Below are positions 40,635-53,242 of a stretch of 64,000 nt of DNA, piece by piece (position 1 is the stretch's first letter; each line of letters starts with the position of its first letter). The stretch is taken from assembly GCA_014905635.1 (NCBI GenBank), contig JABVCE010000007.1:372001-436000 (forward strand). Reading direction: 5' to 3'. Source of the stretch: Scenedesmus sp. PABB004 (lineage: Eukaryota). The notes under the pieces were generated by a model that saw only the letters and a list, made by a program, of their open reading frames with translations, did no database searches and had not been told where the DNA came from. A program made the position numbers and the translations under genes.

Positions 40635-43600
40635 ATGTCGCAGCACGCGCCGGCCGCCGGCCGCGAGGGCGGCGGCTCGCCCGCGCCCGCGCCCATGCCT
40701 GCGCGCCCCGATCCGGCCGCCCTCGCGGTGGCGCGGCAGCCGCTGGAGCACGCGGCAGCCGGCCCTTGCGTGCCCGCGCTCGCGTCGGTCGCCACGCGCC
40801 GCCTGGCCTGCGACGCGCCCTGCGACGACCTCGAGCCGCTCAATCGCGAGCGCGGCGCGCGCGGCGGCGGGCGGCGCCGCAGCAGCGGCCGCAGCAGCTG
40901 CAGCAGCGCCGGCGCCGAGGGCGGCGGCAGCAGCTGCCTGAGCAGCAGCAGCAGCCCCGCCAAGCCGGCCTGGGAGTGCGCCTCGCCCGGGGCGCTCGAG
41001 GCGGGCCGCCACCCGGCGCAGAGCGCCGCCGATGTGCACGCGGCCACGGGCGGCGCGCCGGCGAGCGCCGTGGGCAGCTACGCCAGCCCCCTGGCGCGGC
41101 GCTTTGTCGCCGTCAAGCTCCAAGAGCCGCCCAACCACGGTGAGCGGCGCACGCTCCGCGCCGGGGCGCGCGCGCGCGCGCGCCGCCCAGCTGCGCCCCC
41201 GCTGCGCCGGGCCGCACGCCGCCGCGCCGCGCCGCGCCGCGCCGCAGCCCCCGACGCGCTGGAGGGCGTGCGCAACCTGCTGGCGGCGGGCCTCACCCTC
41301 GGCGCCGCGCCCGGCACCGGCGCGGTGGTGAGCCAGTCGACCGGCTTCTCGGGCTGCTACCAGCTGGTGTTTGAAATAGTGATCCCGGAGCAGGAGGCGC
41401 GCGCGGGCGGCGCCGCCACCGCCGCGACCGCCGCGCAGCTGGCGCAGCTGCAGCGCTCGGTCGAGCAGCAGGTGCGCGACTGGCTGCCGCGCGGCTGGGA
41501 GCTGCGCGGCGTGCAGCTCGGGCACAAGCGGGCGAGCGACGGCGGCGGCGCCGGCGGCGCCGGCGGCCGGCCCGGCGGCGCCGGCGGCGACGCGTCGGGC
41601 GGCGACGACCCGCCCCCACGCCCGACCCGGCGGCGCCCGACGCGCCGGGCGTCGCGCCGGGCGTCGCGCCGGGCGACGACGGCGACGGCCTCGCGGCCGC
41701 GCTCGCGGGCCTGTGGAGCAAGGGCGGCGAGCGGGGCGTCAACCTGGACCCCCTCGGCCTCGCGCTGCCCGCGCTGCGGCTGCCCGGGTCGCCTGCGGCA
41801 GCCACGGGCAGCAGCCCGCGCGGCGGCGGCACCGCCATCGCCGAGCTCGGCATCTCCAAGGCCGTTGTCGGCCAGCTGCTCTGCGGCGGGCACGACAGCG
41901 TGCGCGTGGTGGTCGCGGCGCAGCCGAGCGGCACGGCGCTGCTGGACGAGACCTGGCTGCTGCCGCCCGACGCGGGCGCCGACAAGCACCTCACCCTCGC
42001 GTTCAGCGCCGAGGCCGCGCTGCAGCTCACGGCGCGCGGCGGCGACGGCGGGCCGCCCGTGCGCGTGCTGTCGGTCGTGGCACTGGCCGGCGCGCGGCGC
42101 CGCCGCGGCCCGCCGGCCGGCGGCGAGGCGGCCGACGGCGCCGCCGGCTGCGGCGGCGGCGGCGGCAGGGGCCCTGCGGCCTCGCGCGCGAGCAGCGCCA
42201 GCAGCAGCAGCAACAGCCTCGCGGCGCGCCCGAGCGACGGCGCGCCGCCCGCGTCGCCGGCGTTGGCGGCCCCCGGCGTGGTGGCGCACCTGCCGCTGCT
42301 GCTGCTGCCCGCCGCGGCGCAGCGCGAGCTGCAGCAGCTGCTCGCGGCCGCGGTCGCCGGCGGCATGTACCCACGCCAGGCCAACCAGCAGGTCCTGCTG
42401 CCCCTCGTTCAGGACTGGGCGCTCCTGCTGCTCTGGGGCGACGGCAACGGCGCCGCCGCCGCGGCCGCCGCGGCCGCCGCGGCCGCCGCCGGCGCGCCGT
42501 CGCAGCCCGCGCACATGCAGGCTGCGCTCACGTCCTCCCTCGCCGCATACTTCAGCCAGCACGGCATGGCCGAGTGCGCGCGCCTGCTCAACCACGGCGC
42601 GGGCCGGCCGCCGCCGCGCGGCGGCGAGCCCGGCGCCGCCGCCGCCGGGCCGGGCGCGGGGCCCGCGGCGCGCGAGCCCGGCGCCGCCGGCGGCGACGCG
42701 GGCGCCGTGTTTGGCGCGAACGGGCCCGGCAACATCGTGCAGCGCTACCCCGCCGAGTTCTACCTCTACTCATTCAAAATCGTGCCCTGCGCGCAGCAGT
42801 TCTCACACGACTGGTGCGCGCGCCGCGCCGCCGCGCCGCGCCGCGTCGCGTGTGCGCACCGCGCGCGCGCGCGCCGGCCCCGCGCCGACCCTGCGCCCGC
42901 GCCTGCCCGCCACAGGAGCCTGTGTCCGTTTGTACACCAGAATGAGAAGGCGCGGCGGCGCGACCCGCGGCTGCACAGCTACGAGCCGCTGCTCTGCCCC
43001 GACGACCGCAAGGTGCCCCGGGGGCGGCGCGGGCGGCGCGCACCGACACGGGGGGTGCAAAGCGGAGCAGCGCAGCGCGCGCGCCGCGCGCGCGCGCGCC
43101 GCTCACGCCGCTCGCGGCCGCGCGCGCAGGGCACGCACTGCCCGCGCGGCGACGCCTGCCCCTACACCCACAACGTCTATGAGTACTGGCTGCACCCCAA
43201 GCGCTTCAGGACAAAGGCGCGCCGCGCCGCGCCGCGCTGGGGGCCGAGCGGCCGCCGGGCCGCCGTCGAGCCCCGCCGCCGTCGAGCCTCGCCGCCGACC
43301 CCCACCTCCACGACCGCCCGCGCGCGCAGATGTGCCAGCAGGGCGCGGCCTGCCGCCGGCCGCTGTGCTTCTTCGCGCACAGCCTGCAGGAGCTGCGCTA
43401 CCCGGACCAGCAGGAGGCGCCCGCGGACCCGCCCGCCGCGGCGGCGCCGCCCCCCAGCGGCGGCGCCGCGGCCGCGCCCCCAGCGGCGGCGCCGCGGGCG
43501 GCGGCGGCAGCGCGCCGCGCCCCGCGCAGTCAGCGGCGGCGCAGCAGGCGCAGCAGGCGCAGCAGGCGCAGCAGGCGCAGCAGGCGCAGCAGGCGCAGCA

Positions 43601-44467
43601 GGCGCAGCAGGCGCAGCAGGCGCAGCAGGCGCAGCAGGCGCAGCAGGCGCAGCAGGCGCAGCAGGCGCAGCAGGCGCAGCAGGCGCAGCTGCTCAGCGCG
43701 GCCGCGATGTACCAGGCCGCCTCGGGCTCGCTGCCCTGGTCGCTGCTGGACGCGGGCGCGGGCGCTGGCGGCGCCGCGGGCGGCCAGGCCGGCCTGTTCA
43801 AGCCGGGCGCGGCCGCGGCGGCGGTGGCTGCCATGGGCGGGTTTGGCGCTGGCGCCGGCGGCGCCTTTCCCACCAACGAGCAGCTCCTGCTGCTGCAGCA
43901 GGGCGGCGCCGGCGGCGCCGGCGGCGCGGCGTGGGCTCCGGCAGCCTGCTGCAGGACGGCATGCTCCTCGGCGCCGCCGGCCTGCAGGCAGAGCAGCACC
44001 CTGCCAGCTACCTGCTCCCGCCGGCGGGGCAGCCCGGCGGCGACGCCGCGGCGCAGCGCCTCGCGGAGCTGATGGCGGGGCTCCGCGGCTTTGGCGGCGA
44101 CGACGCGGCGCTGCCGGATAGCCTCATGTATGGCGGCGGCGGCATCGCGCAGCAGGCCGGCGGCGGCGAGCCGCCGGGCCTGATTGAGCGCGGCGCGGCC
44201 ACCCAGCCGCGCCAGCTGAGCTCGGACGCGCTCAGCCAGGAGCTGCTGGCGGGCGCGAGCCTGCAGCAGCTCTGGCAGCAGCAGCAGCAGCAGCAGCAGC
44301 ACCAGCAGCAGCAGCACCAGCACCAGCAGCAGCAGCTCTGGCAGACACAGCAGGGCGAGGCGCAGCAGGTGCCGCGCGCCTACCAGGCGCCCAGCAGCCA
44401 GGCCATGGCGCTCGACGCGCTGCAGGCGGCGATGCAGCAGATGCAGTGGCCGCCGCGCCAGCAGTGA
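40635..44467 (+). CDS. Tandem CCCH zinc-finger (RR-TZF/Unkempt-type) protein with a long N-terminal region and Q-rich tail
   Basis: FYLYSFKIVPC...HDW-SLCPFVHQNEKARRRDPR, CPRGDACPYTHNVYEYWLHPKRFRT and CRRPLCFFAH. Apparent single-base frameshifts near 41615, 43485 and 43935. Confidence 0.82.
43539..43689 (+). repeat. (GCGCAGCAG)n coding repeat, about 16-17 units (AQQ)
   Basis: Directly visible perfect 9-mer array. Confidence 0.95.
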
Positions 44468-45872
44468 GGGCTGGCCGCGCCGGCGGCGCGCGAGGCGGCG
44501 CCCGCGGCGCGCTCATCACACACGCAGCGCAGGGACTAGACCGTCAGAGGGGGGTCAGGAGACACTGGCGGCGCAGCTTGCGCCTGGCTGCTGAGACGTG
44601 TGGGTCAGACGGCGCCGCGATGTGGCAGTCCCTGGGGGGGGGGCTAGTTGTGTCCCGTGCGAGCGCACGTGCTCGCCTGCCACACACCAGCAGGGTGAGG
44701 GTTTTACTGTTTTGAATTCCAATCAAAAGGCGCGCCCGGCGCGCCTGCACCTCGCCAGCTTTATTGCTGCGGGCCACCAATCGTGTGCCGTCGGACCTCG
44801 CACTGCGCGCACGTGGCATGCACGGCGCACCTCTCCGCCTCCTGCGCGCCAGGGGCCGGCGCCGCGCCCGCGCGGCGCTGCTGCTGCCGTGCGCGGCGGC
44901 GGGCGGGACGGGGATCATTGCTGCAAGAGTGCGGCATGCTCAGGCGGGTGCATTCGCCCCCGGCCCCAGGCGCGGGGGCTCTGGCGCTCGCCGCTGGCGC
45001 GTGCGATCGATCGGCGGCAGCGCGCGACCGCGCGGCCAGGGCCGGCCAACGGCGGCCTGCGCCCGCGCCCCGCGCGCCCGCGTGGGCGCCGCGCTGCCCC
45101 TCTTTCTTGCCTTTGGTCGTGTGCTGATCGGCGCCGACCCCTTTGCGTGTGTTTGTGCGGCCGGCGCCCCGCGCGCTGGCTGCCCGACTGCGGACGCGCG
45201 GCCGCCTGCCCACAGGCCGCCACACGCCCCCGCGGGCCGCGCGGCGCTTGGCGCCGCCGCGCGCGCGCGCTGGGGCGTGTGGCGGCCGCAGGCGCCCAGG
45301 AACGCACGCCCCGCTCTCCCGCATGCGGGAGGCAGCCGCGCGGCTGCCACGGCGCTGCCTTGTCGGCGCACGCGCCCCCGCGCGTGCCCGGCCCTTCCCC
45401 AAAGCTTCTGCCTGCTCGGTCGGTGTCTCGTGATGCGCATCGGATCTGGTCATCATCGCGCGCCGCCGCGTGCGGCTCACCAGAGCCGCGCGGCGCGCCG
45501 CTCTTGCCTGTACTCGCACGAGCCCCCTGGCGCGCACGCCCCGGGGCCCCGTTGAGTGCGCGCGCCACGGCCGCGGGCGCGCGCTGTTGGTCGGTGGTGG
45601 TTGCTTGGTGGCCGGCGCGCCGCGGGCGGGTGGTGGTGCTTGGGCATCTGCCGCCCGATGGCGGCCCTTCCCGCGCGTCGGTGACAGCCGCACACGTCAC
45701 GCATTGCACAGGCGGCTGCCCGCCTCTGCCCTTTGCTCGCGTGGGACCGCGGTCCCGCGCTTTGGTGGTCGCGTGCGCCGTGACTTGACTGAACCTTGTA
45801 GGTATGTGATCGCGACACAGTTAACTCGCGACACATGTGAACCCGCGCGCCTGCCGCGCCCTAAGCCGCGCG

Positions 45873-47067
45873 TCACGCGTCCTCGTCCGTCTCGTACTCG
45901 CTGCTGCTGCCCTCCAGCGCGGAGAGCAGCCCGCCGTCGCCGTCGCCGTCGTCGTCGTCGTCGTCCTCGCCGTCGGGCTCGTCGTCGTCGCTGTCCACGC
46001 TGATGTCCAGCTCCTCGGGGTCGAGCCCCGCCGCGAGCGCCTCCTCGTACATGTCCGCCAGCGCGTCCTCCAGGCTCATGCCCTCGCCCAGCCCCAGCTC
46101 GTCGTCGCCGTCGTCGCCGTCGTCGCCCTCGCCGTCGCTGCCCGCGCTGCCGCTGCCGGGGTCGCCGGCGTCCAGCCCGCCCAGCAGCGCGGCGAGGCCG
46201 CCGCCGCCGGCGCCGTCGGCGCCGTGCTCGCCGCCCTCGTCGTCCTCGTCCTCCTCCTCCGACTCGTCGCCGCCGCCGTCGCTCTCGTCGTCGCCGTCGC
46301 CCGCGGCGGGGCGGCAGCGCCCGACCTCGTACAGGCGCACGCTGCTGCTCACGCTGCCCTCCAGCCCAGCGCCGATGTCCACCGCGACGGCGGCGAGGTA
46401 CGAGTCGCTCGGGTCGAGGCACAGGTCCAGCACCGCGCGCTCGACCTGGCGCGGCGTGGCGGCGCGGGTGCCGGGCCTCAGGGTTTAGGTTGTGGCTGCA
46501 ATCGCGCGCGAGCGGCGCGGCGCGCGCGCGTGTGCGCGCGCGCGACGACGCTCGCCGCACACCTGCACGCTGCCAATCTCTGCGTAGCTCCGCGCGTCCA
46601 GGCTGGTGAAGCTGGTCGCGAGCGCGTGGCGCCGCCGCTTGGCCTGCAGCAGCGCGGCCATGCTGTCGTCGGGCGGGCGGCGCAGCCACGCGCACAGCAC
46701 GTCGCCGCCTGCCGCGGCGGGGCGGCGGCGGCGCGGCGCGGCGCGGGGGCGGGCCGCGCGTCAGCGTCTGGGGCGGCGTTTGTCGAACGGCGACGCGCGG
46801 CGGCGCGGCGCGCGCGCCCGCCCCCGCCCCCCCCCCCCCCCCCCCCCCCCCCGCGTTGAAGGCGATCGAGGTGCCGTCCAGCAGCGGCACGCTGCGCAGC
46901 AGCTTGCGCGTGCGCAGGTCCCAGACCTCGCTGTTTAGTATGATCTCGGCGCCGCCCGGGTGGAAGCAGCCGCCCGCGCCGCCCGCGGAGAGCTGGTCAA
47001 ACGTGTGCAGCGGCGCGGGCACGCGCGGGTCCCACAGCGTCGCGCCCCACAGCACCAGCTCGCCTGC

Positions 47068-47102
<35 letters not shown>

Positions 47103-47233
47103 AGGAGGGCGGGCGGGCGCTCAGGGGCGGCCCAGGCGGTGGCGAGGCGCCGCAGCGAGCGCGGCGCGGCGGGCGGCGCCAGCGCACCCGACGGGCTGAA
47201 GCACGCCGCCGCCGCGCCGCGCACAAATTCGCC

Positions 47234-47264
<31 letters not shown>

Positions 47265-48925
47265 CCGCGCCGCCGGCGCCGGCGCCGGCGCCGCCGCCGC
47301 CGCCGCGCGCTGCCGCGCTGCCTCGTCGAGCGTCGCGACCACCTCGCCGGTGCTGGCGTCGTAGACGCGCGCCTGCCGCGGCGAGCCGCCGACGGCGACG
47401 CCGACCAGCTGCAGGCGCGGCGCGGGGCGGGGTGAGCGCGGCGTGCGCCGCGTGCCGCGCGCGTCTGTGCAGCGCGGCGGCGCGCCGAGTGCGGGTACCT
47501 GGCTGGCGGTGGGGTTGAAGCGCCCGCGGCTGAGCCCCGGCCAGCTGAAGAGCGGGCCGGTGTCAAACCCGTCTGCGCGCCACAGCAGCACCTCGCTGCG
47601 GCTGCTGCTCAGCAGCAGCTGGTCGCCGGGCGCGCCGCCGGCCCAGTTGGAGGCCTGCGCGTGTGTGCGCCGCGCGCGTGCGCGCGAGTGCGCGTGCGGC
47701 GCGCGCGGACGCCCGCGCGCCGCCGCGCCGCCGAGCCGCCGCGCCGCCGCGCCGCCGCGCCTGCAGCAGGTTGATGGGCGCCGAGTGCGCCTCGACCAGC
47801 TCCACGCTCTCCCCGCTGTACGCGTCGTGCAGCCGCAGCTCCCCGCCGGCCGTGCCGGCGACGAGCACCTCGAAGCCCCGCAGGAAGGCGCACGCGGTGA
47901 GCAGCGGCCCGTCGTCGCGCAGCGTCTGCGTGAGCCGGAAGCGGCTCCACACGAGGCGCCGCGTCGCGGCGGCGCCGCCTGGCGGCGCGCGGGCGGGCGG
48001 CGCGCGGGCGGCGAGCACGGCGTCAGCGCGGCGCGGCGCGGCGCGGCGTCGCCACCTGCGGGCGCGGCGGCGGCGCGCGCGCCGCCGCCGCGCGGCGAGC
48101 GGCGCGGCGCCGGGGCCGCGCGGCGAGCGGCGCGGCGCCGGGGCGGCGCCCACCGCGGCCGCCGAAGCCGCCCCAGAGCTCCTGCCGCGCGCGGCGCAGC
48201 GCCACGTTGGCGGGCGCCTGCAGCGGCCGGCTGGCCACGGGCAGGGCGTAGGGCTTGAGCAGCGACACGGGCGGCACCACCGACACGGGCTGCGCCGACG
48301 CGAGGCACGCGGCGCGGTGCTGCTGGCGCAGGTACGCCGTGACGATGGCGCCCAGCCGGCTGTTCACGGGCGGGCCTGCGCGGCGCGGCGCCGGCGCGGT
48401 CGGCGGGGCGCAGCGGGCGGCGCGGCGGCCCGCGGCGCGCGGCAGCCTGTGGCGGTCTGGTCCGCGCCGGCGGCGGCGGCGGCGGCCTTGGCGGCAGCGG
48501 CGGCGGCGCGCCGCACCGGTCATGACCTCGCGCGCCGCGACCTGCACGTGCAGCGGCAGCGCCTTGGGCTCCGGCACGGCCTCGGCGATGGGCGTCATTC
48601 GCTGCGGCCCGTCCACGCCGCCCGACAGCCGGCGCTGCAGGCCGCCGCCCGCGCGGCCGGCCTGCCACCGGCACGGCAGGTTGGTCAGCAGCGGGTTGAC
48701 GCCGCTCGGCACGGCCGCGGCGGCGGCGGCCGCCGCGGCGCCGCCGCCGGGGCCGCCGCCGGGCTCGGCATGGCCGGCAGGCCGGGCGTGGCGCCCGGGG
48801 CGGCGCCGGGGCCCGACGTGTCCAGCGGCGCGAACCCCGCCCACACGCCCGGGGAGGGCTGGGGACGAACCCAAAGCCGCCGCCGCCGCCGGGGCCCGGC
48901 GCCGGGGGTGCGGGCTGCGCAGCGC

Positions 48926-48956
<31 letters not shown>

Positions 48957-51900
48957 GCGCCGGGCGGCGCGGGCGTGGCGGGCGGCGCCTGGGTGTGGAA
49001 CACCTCCAGCTGCTGCAGCTGCAGCTGCTGCTGCTGTTCCTGCTGCTGTCCGGGCTGCTGTCCGAGCTGCGTCTGCTGCCACTGCTGCGTCTGCTGCCAC
49101 TGCTGCTGCTGCTGCTGCTGTCCCAGGCCGTGCACGTACTCTGCGTCGCTGCCTGCCAGCCCCGCCGCCGTGGACTTGACCGCCGACCGGCTGCCGCGCT
49201 TGCCGCCGCTTGGCGCCGTCCCAGCGCGCGGCGACGCGGGCAGCTCGTCGCCCGCGCCGGCAGGCCCCTGCTCGGCGGCGAGCGCCTCGCCCAGCGCCTG
49301 GCGCTTTGGCGCGGGCGTCTCAAAGCCGCCGACGCCGGCGCCGGCCGCGCCGGCGCCCGCGCGCCGCTTGACGCCCGCCGCCAGCGCCGGCGGCGGCGGC
49401 GGCGACATGCCGCCGGGTGCGGCCTTGCCGGGCTGCTGGTGCTGCTGGTGCTGCAGGTGCTGCTGGTGCTGCTGCTGCTGCTGCTGCTGACCGTCCGAGT
49501 GCTGCGGCTGCTCGCCGTCGGCCGCCGCGCCGTCCTTGCCTCCCAGGTGCTGCAGCAGCCCCGGCCCCAGGCTCAGCGTGCGCCGCCGCTCCGCCGCGGC
49601 CTTGGCGCCCACGGCCGCCGCCGGCGTGAGCGCCAGCACGCCCGGCGGCGGGCTGAGCCCCCGCACGTCCGGCGCGGCGCCGGCGGCGCCGCCGCCGCCC
49701 GGCGCGCCGCCGCCCGCCGGCGACGCGCAGCCCGCGAGAAGCAGCGCGGCCGGGTGCGGTGCGGCCGCGGCGGCCGCGGCCGCGGCCGCCGCCGCCGCGG
49801 CGGCCGCCGCCGCGTGCGGGCGGCTGCCGGAGAGGCCCGCCTCCTTGGCGAGCGCCGCGGCCGCGGCGTGGAGGCCCGAGGCCTTGAGGTGCTCGTACAC
49901 GAGCAGCAGCAGCTCCTGGGGCTGGTAGCTGATCGGCGTCGCCGCCGCGATCGCGGCGCGCTCAATCTTGAGCAGCGCCGGCGCCGCCGCGTCGGTCGCG
50001 GCCGCCGCGGCGAGGCGCTGCTCGCGCCCGCCGCCGCCGCCGGCGCCGCCGGTCGTCACGGCGATGAGCTCCAGCGCCACGCGGTGGAAGCGCTCCTGCC
50101 ACACCGCGCCTGCGCGCGCGCGCGTGCGAGGGGGCGCGAATGAGCGACTGAGCGGATCGCGCGCGCGCAGTCGGCGGCGGCGGGCTAGGAGTAGGCACAG
50201 GTTGGTCTCTCGCGATTTACAGAGACAGTCTGCCTGTCCCCTCCCGTTTGCGTGGTACGTGTTTTTATTCTGCCCTCTCTCCTCTCGCTCGCTCTTTATT
50301 GTGTGGCCGCAATTGCGGCGGCGCAACCAACAAACCACGCTCACAACATTGCAGGTGGGGGACAAACACACATATCGTACAGCCGCTGACTGGCGAACCA
50401 CTCAAGAGCTCAGGCCTGCCCGCCCTGCAGCGCGGCAGCCACGCGCTGCTTCACGGTCTTGCCCGCCTTGCTGCCGCCGGTGTCGGCGCTGCTCTTCTTG
50501 CCCACCAGGCTGTCCACGGCGGTGCAGGCCATGAGCCCCGCCCACGCGGCGAGCGCGGCGGCGAGCGAGGCCACGGGCACGCCCGTCTCGGCGCTAAGCT
50601 GCGCCAGCGGGCCGAGCCCGGTTGCGGCCTCGCCGAGCAGCGCCGCCGCAAAGCCGAGCTGCGCGAGCCGGCCGGCAAAGAGCTCGTTCTGCGCGGTGAA
50701 GCCCCAGTCGGTCACGCCGAGCGTCTGCTTCAACGGCCCCGCCGCCTCGGGCGGCGGCGGCGACCGCGCCTCGGCGGCGAGGCGGGCCCACGTCTCGCGC
50801 TTGAACGTGCCCGACCCGGGCGCGAGCCCGGCGAGGAGGTTGAAGCCGACCAGGCCGGAGAGGAAGACCCCGACCTGGGCGGCGTCGAGGCCAAACGTGT
50901 ACCCCATCTGCGCGAGCGGGCCCTGGCCGCCAGACAGCAGCTGCGCGCGGCGAGCGAGGCGGGGGAGGGCGGCGGCGGGCGGGCGGGGGGGGTAGGGCGT
51001 CCGGCCGAGGGGGAGCGGGGGCCGCGCGCGCGCGCGCATCGTGTGGCTGTCGCGCGCCAGCCGCGGCGGCGCGTGCCCGCGCAGCCGGCGGCAGCGCACC
51101 TCGCCGACGACGCTCGCGGCAAAGCCGGCCATCGCGAGGCGGCCGACAAAGACCTCGTTGTCGCGGGTGAAGCCGAGCTCAAACGGCTGCTTCGCGCCGC
51201 CCGTGCGCTGCGCCGGCGCGGGCTGCTGCTGCTGCACGGGCGCGGCCGAGCTGGCTGCGCTCGCCGAGGCAGCAGACGGCGACGCGCGGCGGGCCACGAG
51301 CTGTGGTGGGGGGCGGCGGGGGACGGGCGCGGCGGGCATGAGAGCAGGGCGCGACTCGTGGGGCTGCATGCGCGGCCGCGCATGCACGGCTGTCTGGCCC
51401 GACCCGCGGCGTGCTGTGGCCGGCAGCGTGCACACACACCTGCTTCACATCCTTGACGAACGCGGCGCGGGGCACCACGGCGCGAGAGCGGGAGGGCTTG
51501 GACGCGACCGCGGGCGCGGAGGCGGCGCGCTTGGAGAGGAGCGTGGCGGCCATGGTCGCGGCGGGGTGTCGACGGCGGCGAGTGTGTGGGCGCTGGGCTG
51601 CGCGGTGTCACGGCTGCAGGTCGACAGGCTGGCGGAGGTCCTTGATTGTGACCGGGTGGCAGGCGCGCGCGTTTTATGCGCGCGCGCACCGCGGGAGTCG
51701 GGCAGGCGCCCGCGCCCCGGCCACTCGCTCGCGTGCGGTCGGCGCGTTTGTGTGGTTGATACGGTCCCGGACACCCTGTCCACGCCCGCGCCGGGCCGTG
51801 CGCGCCTCACGCGCGGTGGAGCCACCGTGTCCCACCGTGTCCGGCTTCGCGAGGCCCCCGCACGGCATGCCGTGCGGTCGCGGTCCCCCGCGCGCCGTGA

Positions 51901-53211
51901 TTGTGGGCCGCCCGACCTATGCCACCGACTGAACGTGTTTGCTGCGTCCCGCAGCGGCTGGGCAGCGCGCGCCGGGCGCGCCCCCCGCGTGTGGCGGCAG
52001 CTCCGCATGCGCATGCGCGCGCGCTCGCCAGCGCTCCGGCCTCCCCGCAAACGCCCCAAACCCAAACGCCACACACAAACAAACACACGCAGCCCGCCCA
52101 AACCGGGCTCACCTCCGGCTGCGCCGGGCGCCGCGCCCTCGCCGCCCGCGTTGGCCTCGCCGCGCCGGCTCGACGCCCCGCCGGCCACGCCCGGCGCGAC
52201 CGGCTCGCGCACGAGCTCCGCCAGCAGCTTCCCCACCTGCGCGCACGGACGGTCGCGGCGGGCGCGCCGCGTGAGGGGCGCCGCGCCGGGGGGCGCGAGG
52301 GACATGCGTGCGCCTCGTCCGCCGCGCTCCGCCGCGCCGCGCGCGCGCGCCTGGAGCTTGGTGAGGATGTGTCGTATCGGCGCGTCCCGCGCCAGGCCCA
52401 GCACCGCGCTGCACGCGAGCGCGCGCACGCGGTCCGCCGCCGCGGGCGCGAGGTGCTGCCGGCTCTGCGCACGAGAGGCGGAGGGCGAGAGCGTCCATGC
52501 GCGCCCACGCGGCGGCGCAGCTGACAGCGCCGGCGGGGCCTCCCCGGCGCGCCGCGCACCTGCAGCAGCATGAGCAGCACGCGGATGCCGTTGCTGCTGC
52601 GCACCGCCTGCCGCGCAGCGGCGTAGCCCGCCTCCAGCGCGTCGCCGAGCGAGGGCCAGCTGCGGCTCGTCACCGCCGAGGGCCCGAGCTCCAGCGCCGG
52701 CGGCGCCTGCGCGGCGCCGGCGCCACCCCCGGCGCCGCGGTCGGGCGGGGGCGGAGGGCCGCGCCAGCGCGCGCGCACGCGCGCGCCCGGCCGACCGCCC
52801 GCCCGGCTGCGGCGCGCGCCGGCCGGCCCCGCACCGTGAGGTCGGCCGCGGAGGGCGGCCCGCCTGGCTGCGGCGTTTGGTGCGCCTCGAGCGGCTTGTC
52901 AGCGGCCGGCGCCGCGGCGCTGCCGGTGCTGCCCGTCGCGGGCAGCAGGTAGGCCAGCGACGGCGGCGCGGTCACACAGTTGCAGATCACCTGCAGCGCC
53001 GTCGCGATCACCTGCGGCGCAGAGCGGCGCGCAGCAGCGGGCGCGATGGGCCCACGGCGGCGGCGGCGCCGCGGCGCACCAGCCCGCGGCGCGGCGCGGC
53101 GGCCGGCGCCTCGGGGCGGCGCGGGCGCGGCACCTCGGGGTCTGCCAGGCCGTAGAACGGCGTCGCGTTGCCCGTGCTCGCGGCGTGCAGCAGCGTCGCC
53201 ATGCCGCTGCG

Positions 53212-53242
<31 letters not shown>

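Noticed and set aside
41600..43940. Frameshifts in the CCCH gene suggesting programmed frameshifting or a pseudogene
   Set aside because: They fall in or near short C/G homopolymers, and the two I checked closely are fixed by one added base, so sequencing error is the most likely cause.
44468..45872. 1.4-kb gap between the CCCH gene and the DCAF1 3' end as a hidden gene or ncRNA
   Set aside because: No recognisable protein motif or RNA structure; consistent with two convergent 3' UTRs.
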